A stretch of 64,000 nt of DNA from an uncultured Phycisphaerales bacterium (GTDB lineage: Bacteria; Planctomycetota; Phycisphaerae; Tepidisphaerales; Tepidisphaeraceae). Below, piece after piece: positions 62,315 to 64,000 of this stretch; position 1 is the stretch's first letter, and every line of letters starts with the position of its first letter. A program made the translations under genes and the position numbers. The notes below the pieces were generated by a model. It was not told the DNA's origin and ran no database searches. It was given only the letters and a program-made list of their open reading frames with translations. Location of the stretch: NCBI GenBank assembly GCA_963844715.1, contig CAWJPJ010000008.1, positions 32,001 to 96,000 on the forward strand, read 5' to 3'.

Positions 62315-63696
62315 TCACGCGACCACGCCGTTCATCGCGCTTCGGGCTTGCTCGTAAACGCCCAGGCAGGCCTTGGCGGCGTCCGCCCAGTTGAAGCGGC
62401 GGACTTCGAAGCTGCCGTGCTGGCGCAAGGTGCTCGCCAGCGGCGGATGCCGCAGCACGGCGATGATCTTGTTGGCCATTTCGTTGATGTCCCAGAAGTC
62501 CACCTTGAGGGCATGCGTGAGGACTTCCGAAACGCCGGATTGTTTGCTGATGATGACCGGGACGTCGTGGCTCATCGCCTCCAGCGGCGCGATCCCGAAC
62601 GGCTCAGATACGCTCGGCATGACGTACAAGTCCGCCATCTTGAAGACTTTTTCCACGTCGTTCCCGCGCAAGAACCCGGTGAAGAGCACCTTGTGCCCGA
62701 TCCCCATGCCGGCGGCCATCTCGATGGTGCGGCGGATCATGTCGCCCGAGCCGGCCATCACGAACTTCACATTGTCCATCACTTCCAGGACTTTCTTCGC
62801 CGCCGCCAGGAAGTATTCCGGCCCTTTCTGCATGGTGATGCGGCCCAGGAACAGGACAATCTTTTCGTCCTTGTGGATGTTGTACTTTTCCAGTTCGCCT
62901 CCGTTCCCGTTCGATTCGATGGCGTTGTAAACGACTTCCACCTTCGCCGGATCGACGCCGTAATGATGCGTGATCAGGTTCTTGGTGAGATAGCTTACCG
63001 CGATGATCTTCATCGCCCCGTGCATTCCGCGCCGTTCGATGTCGTAGATTTGCTGGTTTACGTTCACCCCCGACCGGTCGAATTCCGTGCTATGCACGTG
63101 CACGATGAGCGGCACGCCCTTGAGCGCCGCCACGGCCAATCCTGCGGGGAAAGTCATCCAGTCGTGCGCATGAACGATGTCGAAGGTCTCGTTGCGCGAA
63201 ATCTCGGCGGAGAGCATGGCGTAGCGCTGAATCTCCGAGAAAAGATCGCCCCCGTATTGCGATTTGACCGTGCCTTCGGCCCCGATGAATCCCGGTGTCG
63301 AGCCGGGCCGGGAAAGCTGCGTAATCGGTTCGGGCATGTCCGACAGGGTTACCGGGGTCGCCTTGAATTTTCTCGCCGATGCGCCGGCGCCGTTCCGCGG
63401 CGTATTGCGAGGGCGACTGATACGGATCGGTCAGCGCCGCGTCCACCGTGCGGAACGTCACATGATCAAACTCATCCAGGCGGAATTCCGTCGTCGGGGA
63501 CGCCAGCGGCGAACCGCGCGCGCGGGCTAACCAGGCGGACGTGCGTCGAAAACGGCGTCGCGACCGGCCGCGGCAGCACGAACATGATGTCCGTGCCGAT
63601 ACTGCTCATCGCCTTGGTAAGACCGTAGCAGGCCGTACCCAGACCCCCGCTGATGAACGGCGGGAACTCCCAACCCAACATAAAAACGCGCATCAT
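62315..63696 (-). CDS. GT4 glycosyltransferase (glycogen synthase-like; frameshifted)
   Basis: MLGWEFPPFISGGLG, HAHDWMT, HVHSTEFDR, PSVSEPFGIAPLEA. Confidence 0.9.
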
Positions 63697-64000
63697 CGGT
63701 CAAGCACTTTCCGGTTTGTTGGTCCAACTCCCGCCTGCGCCTTGCGCAAAATTCCGGCGGGCTAAATTCTAGGCTCCCTCTCTGCACAAAATTTGGACAG
63801 TTGGCGACGCACGCCATCCGGGGCCCACTTCCTTGAGGCCGACCGCAAAACACTGCCCAATTTCAACGGCTGAACACTCTGCTGGGCAAGCGGAGACGAA
63901 CCGTTACCAGCTACATCGGATGTATCCGCCCTCTTCGATAAGTGCGTTCACAGCCAAAAGTAGCCTTAATTCGCCTCCCAGGGACTTCGTATTAAAACCC

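Noticed and set aside
62258..63628. Long antisense ORFs (also 5160..6491, 33538..34746, 44657..46615, 58020..59090)
   Set aside because: Shadow or off-frame ORFs typical of high-GC coding DNA, overlapping well-supported genes and without recognisable motifs.
1..64000. Frameshifts in about 25 genes as mass pseudogenisation or programmed recoding
   Set aside because: They hit core genes, often at homopolymer or GC runs, without accumulated in-frame stops. Long-read indel error is the simplest explanation. Only the IS630 A7G site fits a known programmed shift.
63700..64000. Possible ncRNA/tRNA at the window end
   Set aside because: No cloverleaf, T-loop or other recognisable RNA signature; context is truncated.

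Overview
A GC-rich bacterial chromosome segment, most likely from a Planctomycetota (Phycisphaerae/Tepidisphaeraceae-like) genome. That assignment is inferred from an 'E-x-LE-x-RRLMS' export motif, OprO/P-like porins, ATQP-rich linkers and the style of the REP-like repeats. About 25 genes carry single-base frameshifts, including core genes (nuoL/M/N, gmhB, trmL), which fits long-read indel error rather than biology. Contents in order: end of the nuo operon (nuoLMN); a porin; an RND efflux trio; a porin-lipoprotein-mop-modE-porin islet with a near-consensus ModE box; mlaFEDC-mlaA plus an AsmA-like gene; an LPS kinase and heptosyltransferase; yggS; a RAYT-like HUH transposase flanked by non-palindromic inverted repeats; a sulfite/nitrite reductase with a small partner gene; a decayed TA/methyltransferase islet, a Phd-ParE pair and a HEPN-motif gene; HNH, DsbD-N and a redoxin; gmhB; a second, orphan nuoL/nuoM-like pair lacking most canonical proton-channel residues; phhB, trmL, proB, a GT2, gmhA; an IS630 inserted into a vapC; a metallophosphoesterase; two GT39-like genes bracketing two secreted beta-helix proteins; osmC, an FMN reductase and a GT4. 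Best candidates for undescribed biology: (1) ModE-controlled oxyanion porins; (2) degenerate NuoL/NuoM paralogues; (3) a recurrent (A/S/T)TQP motif in exported proteins that may be an O-glycosylation sequon; (4) a hairpin-bridged ribosome-binding site. No rRNA, tRNA or CRISPR array was seen. All family calls are from motif recognition by eye, without database searches.
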